Shown here: positions 43,791 to 57,800 of the stretch, in pieces
Layout of the letters: each line of letters opens with the position of its first letter
Position numbering within the stretch: the stretch's first letter is position 1
Source of the DNA: Eimeria praecox
Lineage: Eukaryota
NCBI GenBank assembly: GCA_963920595.1
Contig: OY986950.1
Coordinates: forward strand, 4,774,001 to 4,838,000
Length of the DNA: 64,000 nt
Reading direction: 5' to 3'
Program-made: the position numbers and the translations under genes
Notes under the pieces: generated by a model
What the model was told of the DNA's origin: nothing
Database searches by the model: none
What the model saw: only the letters and a program-made list of their open reading frames with translations

Positions 43791-44119
43791 CTGTTGTTGT
43801 TGTTGTTGCTGTTGTTGCTGCTGTTGTTGCTGCTGTTGTTGCTGTTGCTGTTGCTGCTGCTGTTGTTGCTGCTGCCGCCGGATTCCGATGCATGCAGCGG
43901 CATCATGAGCGATTGAGCGAGCTCTCTGCTGCTGCTGCTGCTGCTGCTGTTCTTGTTGCTGCTGCTGCTGCTGCTGTTCTTGTTGTTGCTGTTGTTGTTG
44001 CTGCTGCTGCTGCAGTTGTTTGCTGCTGCAGCAACAAGAGCAGCAGGGGACATAGGCGAATCGCTCAGGCGGCTGCGGCGGAGGAGAGGCTGCGGCTGGA
44101 AGAGAGGCAGCTCCGCGAA

Positions 44120-44174
<55 letters not shown>

Positions 44175-44276
44175 CCGTTGTTGCTGCAGCCACTATTGTC
44201 TCTCGTGCATGCAGCTGTAGATGATTGGTTATCATAGAAAGATTCATTAGACGCAGATTTCTCAAGAAGTGCTGCT

Positions 44277-44307
<31 letters not shown>

Positions 44308-44399
44308 TTGCTGCTGTTGCTGCTGCTGCTTCAGGTGCTGCTGCTGCTGCTGCTGGCCCTCCTTGAGGGGGAGGCAGCAGCAGAGGGGCTCCGTATGCC

Positions 44400-44441
<42 letters not shown>

Positions 44442-44491
44442 TCTGCTGCTGGACGCAGTGAGGGTGCAGGGCCTGAGAGTTTGGGGAGGTC

Positions 44492-44551
<60 letters not shown>

Positions 44552-45049
44552 TCGAGCAAGCCTAGGGGGGCTTTGCTGCTGCGGCTCCTGCAAACTTATT
44601 GAGGTGTTGCTGCTGCTGCTCTGAACGCGCAGCAGCAGCCTTCGCGGGGGGACAGATGGAGCAGCAGCAGCAGCAGCAGCAGCAGAGCCTGGGCTGCTCA
44701 TGTCTGCTGCTGCAGCTCCTCTAGCTGTTGCTGCTGTTGCTGTCAGACCAGCAGCAGCAGCAGCAGCAGCAGCAGGTGCTGCTGCTGACGTGAGAGACGC
44801 AGCACCTAGCGACTCCACACGCAGCAGCAAAGAACGTTTGGTGCTGCTGTTCAAATCTCCTGTCTGTCTCTGCTGCTGCTGCAGTTGCTGCTGCAGTTGC
44901 TGCTGCAGTTGCTGCTGCAGTTGCTGCTGCAGTTGCTGCTGCAGTTGCTGCTGCTCTTGCTGCTGCAGCTGCTGCGGCGGCGGTGGCGGCTCTGGCCTCT
45001 GTATACTCAGAGAAAGCGAGGGGATACCTGTTGCTGTAGGAGAAGCAGG

Positions 45050-45099
<50 letters not shown>

Positions 45100-45217
45100 G
45101 TGCTGCAGTTGTTGCTGCTGCTGCTGCTCGTCCCTGCTGCAGACTGTCTCCTCTGCATATCGTAGCAGGAGATCGTCGAGGCGGAAGCTTCAAAGACCCC
45201 ACATAATCTTGCTGCTC

Positions 45218-45248
<31 letters not shown>

Positions 45249-45269
45249 AGGTACTGCTGCTGCAGGTAC

Positions 45270-45310
<41 letters not shown>

Positions 45311-45383
45311 AGGCAAAGGAAGTTGCTGCGTCAGCTGCAGCTGAGAGAGTTGAGGCAGCAACTGAGACGGAGATCTCAACGAT

Positions 45384-45428
<45 letters not shown>

Positions 45429-45635
45429 AGGTGCTGCTGCTGCAGGTGCTGCTGGTGCAGGTGTTGTTGCTGCTGTTGATGCTGCAGGTGTTGCTGCTCT
45501 AGGTGCTGCTGCTGCAGGTATTGCTGCTGCTCAGGCTGCTGCTGCTGCTGCTGCTGCTGCAGTTGCTTGAGGAATACCTCCACTGCTTCGTTGGTGCTTT
45601 GATGCATGTAGGAGTCTGCATAGGGCCACACGTGC

Positions 45636-45673
<38 letters not shown>

Positions 45674-45722
45674 CAGCGAGCGTTCGATGTCTGAAGGGAT
45701 CGCGAGGATTGGATGGTACTGC

Positions 45723-45755
<33 letters not shown>

Positions 45756-45929
45756 TGCTGCTGCAGCAGGCGCAACCGCAGCAGCTCCTGCTCAGCCTCA
45801 TAGTCTGCTGTGTAGTGCTCTTGAGCTAACTGATACAGCTGCTGCTGCTGCTGCAGCTGCTGCTGCTGTTGCTGCTGCTGCAGTGAGTTTTGTAGAAGGC
45901 TGCTGTAGCCTTCTGCCTGTATACCGTGA

Positions 45930-45963
<34 letters not shown>

Positions 45964-46387
45964 GTGCTGCAGCCGGCTGGAAAAGCGAGCGATGGTATCT
46001 GCTGCTGCTGTAGTATGCAGCAGCTGTAGGCAACTGCAGCGGCTGCTGCTGCTGCTGCTGCAGCAGATGCTGCTGCTGCAGCACCTGCTGCTGCTGCAGC
46101 TGCTGCTGCAGCTGCTGCTGCTGTTGCTGCTGCTCTGGAGAGAAGTGATGAGGGAGAGATGTGTGCGTTGGCAGCAGCAAGCGAGTTGCTGTAGGCAGTT
46201 CTTGCTGCTGCTGCTGCTGCTGCTGCTGCAGCTGCTGCTGCTGCTGCAGCTGCTGCTGCTGCAGCTGCTGCTGATGAAGAAGCTGAAGATGTTGCTGCTG
46301 CAGCAACTGCAATTGTTGTTGCTGCTGCAGCTGCTGCTCAGGTGCGGGAGACACAGCAACTCTGCTGTATCCTGTCAGCTGCAGCAA

Positions 46388-46424
<37 letters not shown>

Positions 46425-47337
46425 AGGAGGCCTGACGGCAGCTCTGGCGCATGCAGCGAAGCAGCGAGAGGAGCTGCTGCTGCAGCAGCAGGAGCAGCAG
46501 CAGCAGCAGCAGGAGCAGCAGCAGAAGATAGAACTGTTGTTTTTATTATTTTAGGGGGATAAGGAAGAGCATCAAGACTGAAGAGAGGCTGCGGTGTATG
46601 TGGAGCTCCGCCAAACAAACAAATCCGAAAAAAACGAGATGTTCCGCTGCACACAAACCCTAAACCCTAAACCCTAAACCCTAAACCCTAAACCCTAAAC
46701 CCTAAACCCTAGATAAGAGGTTCTAGACCCTAAATAATAAACCCTAAACCCTAGATAATAAACAACATATCCTAAATAACTAATTCTAAACACCAAACAT
46801 CAAAACCTACACGCTAAACAAACCCTAAACCCTAAACCCTAAACCCTAAACCCTAAACCCTAAACCCTAAACCCTAAACCCTAACCCCTTCTTACGCAAT
46901 GATGTTGGCTTCGACAAGAGCAACAAATTGCTGCTCTAGCAACATTGAGGTGTACGTACACCTCAGCGAAGAGAGACAGGCAGCCAGAGAAGGCGGCAGA
47001 GCCTGTGCCTTCACCGCTGCAGCACAAACCCTAAACCCTAAACCCTAAACCCTAAACCCTAAACCCTAAACCCTAGTAGCAACAACAACAACGGCTTGCA
47101 GCCCTCTCGCTTGTTTAATAGAGAGGAGATTAGGGGTTAGACTAGGAACGTAACAACAGCACATTTAGGGTTTAGGGTTTAGGGTTTGGATACTAGGGTT
47201 TAGGGTGTCTAGGGTTTAGGGTTTAGGGTTTAGGGTTTAGGGTTTAGGGTTTACGATCAACTGCTCTTGAATTATGCATAGCATTTTTAAAAGCTGTATA
47301 ACTTCTTTCCGTCCATACAGGAACGCGCTTCCTGCTG

Positions 47338-47417
<80 letters not shown>

Positions 47418-47617
47418 ATGATGATATACATATATAGAATCGTCAGCAAAGTAAGCAAATATAAGTTTTATTCTTAATGCTGCAGCAGCAGCAGCAGCAG
47501 CAGCAGGCATTTGACATTCAAGAAGAGCAACAAGCCTCGTGAAACAAACTAAATCTATTCCTCTTCCTGCTGCTGCTATCTGTCCTAGCCGTTCTATGCA
47601 GCACATCTTCCTGCTGC

Positions 47618-47662
<45 letters not shown>

Positions 47663-48054
47663 AGCAGCAGCAGCAATAAGGTGCATCAGACATAGCAGAG
47701 TAGGCAGACCAGAACATGCCTAGCTGAGCTGCACTAATTGTAGCTGTTTGCGGTGCTGCTGCTGCTGCTGCTGCTGCAGCAGCAGCAGCATTTGTTGTTG
47801 TTGTTGTTGCTGCTGCTGCTGCTGCAAGTGCTGCTGCTGTAGGAGATGTTAGTGCTGCAGCAGCATCAACACCACCACCAGCAGCAGCAGCAGCAGCAGG
47901 CCGCAGCAGCTGCTCTGTCTCATACAAACGCCCAAATAGAACAGATATATAATCTAGCTGCTGCGCTGAGTATGCTGCTGCCTTCCACAGCTGCTGCAGC
48001 AGCTCTTGACTCCACTCCATAGGACAGGGCTTAGCAGCAGCAGCAGCAGCAGCA

Positions 48055-48109
<55 letters not shown>

Positions 48110-48581
48110 GTGGAGGGAGAGACACCATAGATGCTGCTGCTCCTCGCATTTGCTGCCAAGGAAGCAGAGATAAATGCTTCGGAAGTAATGTGCTGCTGCT
48201 GCTGCTGCTGCTGCTGCTGAGGACGTAAGGAGCAGCAGCAGCAGCAGAAGCAACAGCAGCAGCAGGTGGTATTGCTGCTGCGTCTCCTGTAACAGATAAT
48301 GGCTGGGGAGGAGCAGCAAGATTGGCTTGCTGCTGCTGCTGCTGCTGCCAGAGCTGGTACTGCAGCTGCCATTGCTGCTGCTGCCACTGATAGTGCTGCT
48401 GCTGCTGCTGCTGCTGCTGCGGTATGTGTGTCCTGACTATGGGAGCATGCATGCTGCTGCTGCGGCGGTGCTGCAGCAATTGCTGCTGCTGCTGCAGCAG
48501 CTCCTCTGGCTGCTGCTGCTGCTCTGAATACGGCAGCAGCACTGAGGCGCTGCTGCGTCGCAGCGTCGCCCCGCTACTCAT
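41852..48581 (-). CDS. Large (~2080 aa) Q/A/S-rich hypothetical protein, 3 exons, possible degenerate EF-hand region near the N-terminus
   Basis: Exons 48581-47255, 47016-46896 and 46646-41852 total 6243 nt and join in frame at GT-AG sites. The final exon is a 4.8-kb stop-free frame reading as Q/A/S. The start Met is inferred. Confidence 0.7.
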
Positions 48582-48596
48582 GACTTCTGCTGCTGT

Positions 48597-48657
<61 letters not shown>

Positions 48658-48808
48658 AGTATAGATATAGATATATGTGCTGTTGATGATGATGACGTCA
48701 AGATTGCTGCAGGAGGCAGCAGAGTTGCTGCTGCAGCAGTTGCTGCTGCTGCTGCTGCTGCTGCTGCTCAGGCCCGTTGCTGGTCTGGACAAGACAGCAG
48801 CAGCACGA

Positions 48809-48840
<32 letters not shown>

Positions 48841-48993
48841 AGCTACACGTGCTGCTGCAGGTCTTTAGGATTATATTTGAGGAGAAAGCAAATTAATGTG
48901 TTTGTAAATAAACAAATGCTGCTGCTGCAGCATATCTAAATTGCTGCTGCTGTTGCTGTTGCAGCTCTCTGGACACAGCAGCAGCGTGCGGAT

Positions 48994-49072
<79 letters not shown>

Positions 49073-49212
49073 ATCCACGGCCTGCAGCAGCTGCAACGCT
49101 GCGCAAGAAACAAAAAATTAATTTGTTATAAAACAAAGCCAAGTGCGAAATGTAGAATAGAAGAAGGAAGCAGAAGCGGAGAAGATGAGCAGCAGCAGCA
49201 GCAGCAGCAGCA

Positions 49213-49256
<44 letters not shown>

Positions 49257-49872
49257 GGGCTGCAGCAGGGGGCCGCCGCGCGGTCTATTGCGGGAGTTTT
49301 TCGGTTTTTTTTTGTAATTTATATTGAAGTTGTTTGTATTTATAATTAAAAATAAATAATTAAATTATTTAAATAATATTAAATCTTTTTTCTTAATATT
49401 TCGTTGTTATCTACTTGCGGTATATCTGCAGGTCCTGATGGTGACTACAAGAGAGGATGTCGGCGCAGGTAGGGTTCATAAAATATACGATTTCTTGTGT
49501 TTTTTTTTGAAAAATATTTAAAATTAATTAAATAAAATATAATTAAATGTTTTTAATTAATAAAAATTAAAAAATAATGAAGAAAGAAGCATTAAGAGCA
49601 GCACCATTGCTCTAGTTGCTACGGTGTATGCACAGCTTGTGTTGTTTATTCTTTCTTTTCGCGTTTGTTTTTATTTATTTTTATTTCTTTTTTGAATTAA
49701 TATATTTTATATATTTTATATTTTATAATACATTACATTTCATACCTTATTTCAAAGCCATTCTCTTCATAGAAACATAGAAGAAGCCTACACTCTATCA
49801 TCGCTCTCTCTCTCTACCTCTCTCACTAACAAACTCCTTAATATCTTTTCGTAGCTTCAACACATACACTAC

Positions 49873-49988
49873 AGCTAGCTACAGCTAGCTACAGCTAGCT
49901 ACAGCTAGCTACAGCTAGCTACAGCAGGACGCCAGGGGTACAGCTTCTGAGGGGAGGTGGTATGCAGGTGCTGCTGCGCTGCAGCACT

Positions 49989-50023
<35 letters not shown>

Positions 50024-50092
50024 ACTTCATCTTGCAGCAGCAACAAAACGTTGATAGCTACCAAGTAAATAGATTGAAACCCAACATTAATT

Positions 50093-50185
<93 letters not shown>

Positions 50186-50265
50186 TTCTTTAAAAACAAA
50201 CTAACAAACTAAACTCAACTAAACCAATCAACCCATATCAGCCTGCAACTTGCTGCTGCTGCTGT

Positions 50266-50303
<38 letters not shown>

Positions 50304-50512
50304 TTTATATCTGTTTATACACTCGAATTGTTTGTCGTTTATTCTTCTTCATTTTTTATTTATCTGATTTCTTCAAAACACACACAATCCCGTTGCTGTT
50401 GCTGCTGCTGCTGCTGCTGATAGCAGCAGCAGCAGCAACAGCTAGCTAGCAGCTAGTAGCAAGTAGCTAGCTAGCTAGCTAGCTAGCTAGCTAGCAGCAA
50501 CAGCTAGCTAGC
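49873..50512. repeat. TAGC-containing arrays: (ACAGCTAGCT)5 at 49873-49923 and (TAGC)n at 50441-50512, with (TA)n between
   Basis: Directly visible. Confidence 0.9.
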
Positions 50513-50771
50513 TGCTGTATGTTATTTGCTGCTGAAGAGCTGCATAGATATATCTGCAGATAAGAAAATAGAAAAAACATAAAATCAACACAGAAAGACA
50601 ACAAGCTGCTGCTGCTGCTGCAGCAGCAGCTGCTGCAGCAGCAGCTGTTGCTGCTGCTGTTGTTGCTGCTGCAGTTGCTGCCTCCTCTTTTATTGCTGCA
50701 ATTGCTGCAGCTTTACCTGCTCGTGCTTCTTCTGTTGCTGCTGTTTCTCTTCTTCTTCTTCTTCTTCTTCT

Positions 50772-50806
<35 letters not shown>

Positions 50807-50883
50807 ATCCCCACCACCAGCAGCAGCAGCAGCAGCATCATCATCACCATCACAACTAGACGTATCTCTCTCTAACTCCTTAA

Positions 50884-51388
50884 TTATATTATATTTTTCA
50901 AGAAGCTTACAGCAACACGAGTAGTAGCTTCTTGCTGCTGTGCATGGAGCCAATGCGATGCATTATCAACAGCAGCAACAGCAGCATTAGGGTAGTGCCT
51001 TTGTATAGATATACGATGTGCTGCTGCAGCAGTAAATTTAGATTTGACTCCTACAATAAATAATATATTCCCCGTATATCTTTGTCGTGCTGCTGCTGTT
51101 ATATTTAGAGACGAATCGTGGATAGACAGAGGAGATATTAAAAACCCTAATCTGCGGTTCGTTGCTGCTGCTGCTGAAAGCGCAGATAAATCTAAATCCC
51201 ATAATAACTCGTCTCCTTCTACATCCTGCTGCTGCTGCTGCTGCTGATGCTGCTGCTGCTGTTGGTGGTGGTTGTGGTGTTGCTGCTGCGGGTGTTGCTG
51301 GTGGTGTTGCTGTTGCTGCTGTTGTTGGTGTTGCTGTTGCTGCAGTTGCTGGTGGTGTGGCTGCTGCTGCTGTTGCTGCTGTTGCTGC

Positions 51389-51447
<59 letters not shown>

Positions 51448-51754
51448 CATCAGTTTTATTTCTGAGGGTAGGAAAACTCCCTGTCTTTGTCTGTCTTTGG
51501 TGTTGATGTGCTTCTGGTGTCTGAGTAGATGCAGCAGCTGCTGCTCTCTCTTGCTGCTGCTGCTGAGGGAGAGCAGCAGCAGCTGTATAACTGCGGGATG
51601 GAGTGGGGGTTGTAGCTGCAGCAGGGCTTTTGAAACAGCAGCAGCAGAATTAAATAGAGATAAAGATATATCTTGAAGCAAAGCAATCAAAGAAGAAGAA
51701 GTATAACCACCATCAATGGGTTGGGGGATGCTTCTTCCTACATCCAAACAACAC

Positions 51755-51826
<72 letters not shown>

Positions 51827-51975
51827 TTCGACGAAGGTATAAATACAGATGTTGTTTCCTTTGCTGCAGTTTCTGCTGCAAGATTTTGGGGATGAAGCAA
51901 GTAAGGAGCAGGAGATATATCGAGAATGATAGTAGCAGCAAACAGATCTGTTGCTGCTGCTGCTGCTGCTGCTGT

Positions 51976-52008
<33 letters not shown>

Positions 52009-52131
52009 ATCTAATGCTGCCTGCATACAGACAAGACCGCCGTAGCTATGTCCTATTAATACCAAATTAATATTTAATTGCTGCTGCAGCTGCTGCAGAC
52101 GAGCTAAGCCTTCCATAGGAACAAACGGCAC

Positions 52132-52186
<55 letters not shown>

Positions 52187-52283
52187 TTGCTGCTGTTGTT
52201 GCTGCTGCTGTTGTAGTTATTGTTGCTGATGCTGTTGCTGTCAGTGTTGCTGCAGTCGTTGCTGGTGCTGCCGTCTTCGCTCT

Positions 52284-52344
<61 letters not shown>

Positions 52345-52483
52345 ATTTATTTGTCTTTTACTTTCTTCTTCTTTCATGAGTAGATATATTTGCGCTAACA
52401 AATCATGAGAGAGCAGAGAAACACTGAGAGGGCCTCTGGCGCTGCATCCATGTCCCCGTAGATCGAAGCAGAACACTCGACAC

Positions 52484-52558
<75 letters not shown>

Positions 52559-52658
52559 TGGGGTGTATGGAGTGTTCTTGCGATGCCTGAGACGAAACTA
52601 CGGAGATTTCTTCGATTCCCTAAAATACCATGAAGAGCTAAATACCACGTCTCCCTCC

Positions 52659-52732
<74 letters not shown>

Positions 52733-52848
52733 CTGTTGTTGCTGTTGATAAGTATTTCTGTAGATGCAAGAGGCAAGGCACAAGGGAAGAGTCTTCGTGT
52801 GTCTTCGTCGAGCAAACGTAAATGACAGTTAGGACTTAAACCATGCGA

Positions 52849-52903
<55 letters not shown>

Positions 52904-53017
52904 TTGAGGCTGCTGCTGCTGCTGCTGCTGCTGCTTGTAGAGAATGGTCTTCGAGAGAAGGTAGAAGGAGAAACGCAGTTGCTGCTGCCGCTGCTCCAAG
53001 CCCAACACCGCTGCTGC

Positions 53018-53050
<33 letters not shown>

Positions 53051-53224
53051 AGTATAGAGGGTGGAGGGTATACAGCAGAGGAAAGGGCGACAAGCTTTGG
53101 GGGCCTTCGAGGCAGCAGCAGCGGCTGCTGCAGCAGCTGCTGCTGCTGCTGCAGCAGCCGTTGCTGCAGCAGCTGCTGCTGCAGCACATGCCGCGTGAGG
53201 AAAGCCATTGCGGACTCGCAAGAA

Positions 53225-53262
<38 letters not shown>

Positions 53263-53301
53263 GAGAGGAAGGAGCAGCAGCTGCTGCTGCGGCCTTCTCA
53301 T
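50884..53301 (-). CDS. Alpha/beta hydrolase, ABHD11/YbfF-like, with homopolymer insertions; single ORF
   Basis: Motifs LHGILGNRRN (oxyanion hole), FDLRGHG, GHSYGG (nucleophile elbow), ILDISP and ASHWLH (catalytic His) occur in canonical order. Confidence 0.9.
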
Positions 53302-53343
53302 GAGCAGGGAATCAAGCCAAGCGTCAAGTACTCCCCTCCCTGC

Positions 53344-53384
<41 letters not shown>

Positions 53385-53679
53385 CTGCTGCTGGGGCTGT
53401 TGCTGTTGTTGTTGCTCTGCCGCTGCTGCTGGTGATGCTGCTGCTGCTGCTGCTGCTGCAGCTGCTGCTGCTGCATCAGATGCTAGCGAAGAGCTCTACT
53501 CCTGCATAGTGTGCGGCTGCTGCTGCTGTTGCTGCTGTTGTTGCTGTTGCTGCTCGTGTTGCTGCTCGTGTTGCTGCTGCTTCTGCTGTTGCCCCTCTTA
53601 GTGCTGCTGTTGCTGCTGCTGCTGTTGCTGCTGCTGCTGTTGCTGCTGCTGCTGTTGCTGCCGTTGCTGCTGCTGCTGT

Positions 53680-53714
<35 letters not shown>

Positions 53715-54441
53715 CAGTTGCTGCTGCTGCTAACGTAGGACACACCTGACAGCAGCAGCAGATCCGTCAATTAAATGATTTTATATTATAAACAGCAATT
53801 ATATACATGTATTATAATATATTATTTATTTATATTTATATATTTATATATTTATATATTTATATATAAATATATTTATTTATTTATATATATTATATAT
53901 ATTATATATATATACTCGCGCGTACACCCCCTGCTGCAGCAGCCGCAGCAGCAGAATCCCAGCTCTTCTTCTCTGTTATATGTTTGTTTGTTATTTTGTG
54001 TTTGTTTTATTATTAATTATATTAAATATTTTCGAATTAAATACAAAATAAACACAATTAATTCTCTGGTAGTTGATTTCAGGTGTATATACACCGCGCA
54101 GCCGACAATCTAATAATGTTGATGCTGGGCTTAGCATGCAAACAACGAACACGAAGGATATATATATATATATATTATTTTTTATTATTTTTTGTGTATA
54201 ATTAATATTTAAATTTAATTATAAACGATTTTCTCAATTATTTAAAGAAGAATTATACTTAACAGGACTTAATAGCCCCCTCCCCCCCCCCCCCCCCCCC
54301 CTTCATGCATGCACACGAGGTGTATATACACCCGAAAATACTAATGCTAGCTCTTCTTATGTTTTTGTTGTTGTTTATATTATTTATTCTTCAAAACAAA
54401 TGATTTATACTACTAAAGGAAACTACCCTGAGCTCAACACG

Positions 54442-54477
<36 letters not shown>

Positions 54478-54527
54478 GCTGCTGCTGCTGCTGCTGCGGT
54501 CACAGCAGCAGCTGCAGTAAGACATTA

Positions 54528-54615
54528 ACTAGCTACAGATAGCTAGCTGCTAGCTAGCTAGCTGCAGCAGCTGCTGCCGGCGCTGCTGCTGCTGCTGCAG
54601 CTAGCTGCAGCTAGC
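54528..54615. repeat. Degenerate (TAGC)n patch downstream of the OSBP-like gene
   Basis: Directly visible, mixed with CAG/CTG. Confidence 0.7.
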
Positions 54616-54688
54616 CAGGGCGCCGCCGTGCTTGGCTTGCTGCGCCTGTCAGCGGCTTTACAGCTCTAGGGCCTCCTGCTGCTGCTGT

Positions 54689-54726
<38 letters not shown>

Positions 54727-54865
54727 CTGTAGATGAGCTATAGAAGCTCGTTATGCATGCAATCCGTAGCCGTCGCCTTTGCTGTGGCATCTAAGTCAAA
54801 ACCCTAAACCCTAGGCCTCAAGAAAGGAGGGAGCTCATAATAAAACCCTAAACCCTAACTAGGGT

Positions 54866-57800
54866 TTAGAATATATCAGGACAACAACCCCAAGCCCCCT
54901 CCTCCCTAGCCTCCCAATAACCCCCCTAAGAACAAACCGTAAACCCTAAACCCTAAACCCTAAACCCTAAACCCTACAGCGCCATCGAAGCTGAAGCTCT
55001 GTCATAGGGTTTAGGGTTTATGCGATCTATCAGGTCTGCTGTAGACAAGCCTTCTAGGCCTTCTATTAGGGTTTAGGGTTTAGGGTTTACAGCTTCCTAT
55101 TAGGGTTTAGGGTTTATTAGTAAGCCCTAGGAGTTGCTCCTAGGGTTTAGCGTTTGTTATTAGGGTTTAGGTCTCCCAACTAGGGTTTAGGGTTTAGGGT
55201 TTATTATTATTAGAATTTAGGGCTTATATAAGGGTTTATTACTAGGGTTTAGGGTTTATTATTAGGGTTTAGGGTTTACAAGGGTTTATTATTAGGGTTT
55301 AGGGTTTATTATTAGGGTTTAGGGTTTATTATAAGGGTTTCGAAAGGTTTATTACTAGGGTTTAGGGTTTTTAGGGTTTCTTCTGATTAGGGTTTAGGGT
55401 TTAGGGTTTAGGGTTTCTTATGTTTAGGGTTTAGGGTTTAGGGTTTAGGGTTTAGGGTTTACTTTGTATATCCAATCTTCTGAATTCTCTTTCCTCTCAA
55501 ACCAACACGGCACATAATCTCTCTCTCCTTGAGGGCGTGCCCTTGCTGCCTCTCTGTAAGCCCGTAAACCCTAAACCCTAAACCCTAAACCCTAAACCCT
55601 AGACCCTAAACCCTAAACCCTAGACCCTAAACCCTAAGGGTTATTATTAGCCTTGAGATGGATGGGTTTGTGGGGGCGTTGGACTTGAGCAGCCTTGCCT
55701 AGGCTTTTAGGAGGGTTTATTAGGGTTTAGGGTTTATATTAGGGTTTAGGGTTTATATTAGGGTTTAGGGTTTATATTAGGGTTTAGGGTTTAGGGTTTA
55801 TATTAGGGTTTAGGGTTTAGGGTTTACAGTAGGCTTTCCTAAACCCCAATTAGGGTTTATCCTAGGGTTTCTGCTAGGGTTTATGCCAGGGTTTCTGCTA
55901 GGGTTTATCCTAGGGTTTATGCTAGGGTTTATAATACGGTTTCTATTAGGGTTTATGCTAGGGTTTATGCTAGGGTTTGTGGTAGGGTTTATGCTAGGGT
56001 TTACGCTAGGGTTTATGCTAGGGTTTCTGCCAGGGTTTCTGCTAGGGTTTTTGTTAGGGTTTATGCTGGGGGTTCTGCTAGGGTTTCTGCTAGGGTTTCT
56101 GCTAGGGTTTATGCTAGGGTTTATAATACGGTTTCTATTAGGGTTTCTGCTAGGGTTTCTGCTAGGGTTTGTGGTAGGGTTTCTGCTAGGGTTTCTGCTA
56201 GGGTTTCTGTTAGGGTTTCTGCTAGGGTTTCTTCTAGGGTTTCTGCTAGGGTTTCTGCTAGGGTTTCTGCTGGTAGGGTTTAGGGTTTAGGGTTTAGGGT
56301 TTAGGGTTTAGGGTTTAGGGGTTTAGGGTTTCAAGACCTTTGTTTCTCTTCTAGTCTGTTCTTCTGTCTGACAGCTTCCTCAACTTCTCCCCTCTCATAC
56401 AGCCTCTGATCTGGCCTTCGTCTCGAATCTGTTGGGGCTGCATGCGCCTCATACTCTGAGGATAAATCGTTTAACTCCATTGTTAAATACCTAAGGAAAC
56501 ACAAACCCTAAACCCTAAACCCTAAACCCTAAACCCTAAACCCTAAACCCTAGATATTAAATATTTAATATTTAATATTTAATATTTAATAAATATATAT
56601 AAACACTAAAAGGGTTAAGTAGAACTAAACAACCCTGAATTACTCCTAGATACAAAAGCCCTAAACCCTAAACCCTAAACCCTAAACCCTAAACCCTAGC
56701 TATGCTTTCAACAGCCCTAAACCCTAAACAATCCTAAACCCTAAACAGCATGAGAATGCGCATGCAGATGAGCCTCATGACTTCCGTATTCAACGCTGCA
56801 GCGCGCTTCTAGGGTTTAGGGTTTAGGGTTTAGGGTTTAGGGTCTAGGGTTTAGGGTCTAGGGTTTAGGGTTTAGGGTTTAGAAGGACCCGAAGCCATAG
56901 AACTGGTCGGCGTTAGGAGGCCTCGCCGTCGGACGCCAAATCAATCGTCTAGAAGATTCAACCCAAGCAATAGAATCCCAGTAATCTGTACAAAAACCCT
57001 AAACCCTAAACCCTAAACCCTAAACCCTAAACCCTAAACCCTAAACCCTAAATTCAGATAGGCTTTAACTCTAAACATCAACGTTAAACGCTTGGCTCTG
57101 AGTGCAGAACCCAAATTACTTAGCATCAGGATTTAGGGTTTAGGGTTTAGGGTTTAGGGTTTACAGCAGCGACGGGTTAAAGGGAAAGCTTCAAACCCTA
57201 AACCCTAAACCCTAAACCCTAAACCCTAAACCCTAAACCCTAAGCCCTAAACCCTAAACCCTAAACCCTAAATGCTTACGGGCAACCACCGCATCGAGCT
57301 GATTGTCAGGGCTGTCTGCTGGGGGCCCTGTTTCACTCCTTCGATACTCCTCTACCTGCTCGACAGCACAAACCCTAAACCCTAAACCCTAAACCCTAAA
57401 CCCTAAACCCTATACACTAAACCCTAAACCCTAAACCCTAAACCCTACCTGCGGCGGAACCTTCCATTTCTTGTGGGCGGGGAATGCCGGCGCCTCCTCG
57501 ACGTACAGTGCGCTAGACCACTGCCCTGTCGCACAAACCCTAAACCCTAAACCCTAAACCCTAAACCCTAAACCCTAAGCCCGAAATTCTAAACACTTAA
57601 TCCCTAACTCCACCCCTAAGTCAGCCCTCCAACACCCGTAAGCTCATTTGCTTGAGGCTGTCTGTCTCGTATACAGCAAGAGCAGCTGGGGTTTAGGGTT
57701 TAGGGTTTAGGGTTTAGGGTTTAGGGTTACCGGAGAGGCGATAGGCAGGCCGCCCAGAGGCTTCAAAGATGATCGCCCGCAGATGATGGCAGGTCTTATC

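Noticed and set aside
41840..46554. Many poly-L/poly-C/poly-A ORFs overlapping or antisense to real exons throughout 16-63 kb
   Set aside because: Shadow frames of CAG/CTG repeats, which contain no stop codons.
54276..54301. Poly-C run with G-quadruplex potential upstream of the hydrolase gene
   Set aside because: A single homopolymer whose length is unreliable in assemblies; no supporting pattern.
55883..56290. 135 aa 'GFLL' repeat ORF resembling a membrane protein
   Set aside because: Translation of a 12-bp minisatellite inside an OSBP intron on the opposite strand.
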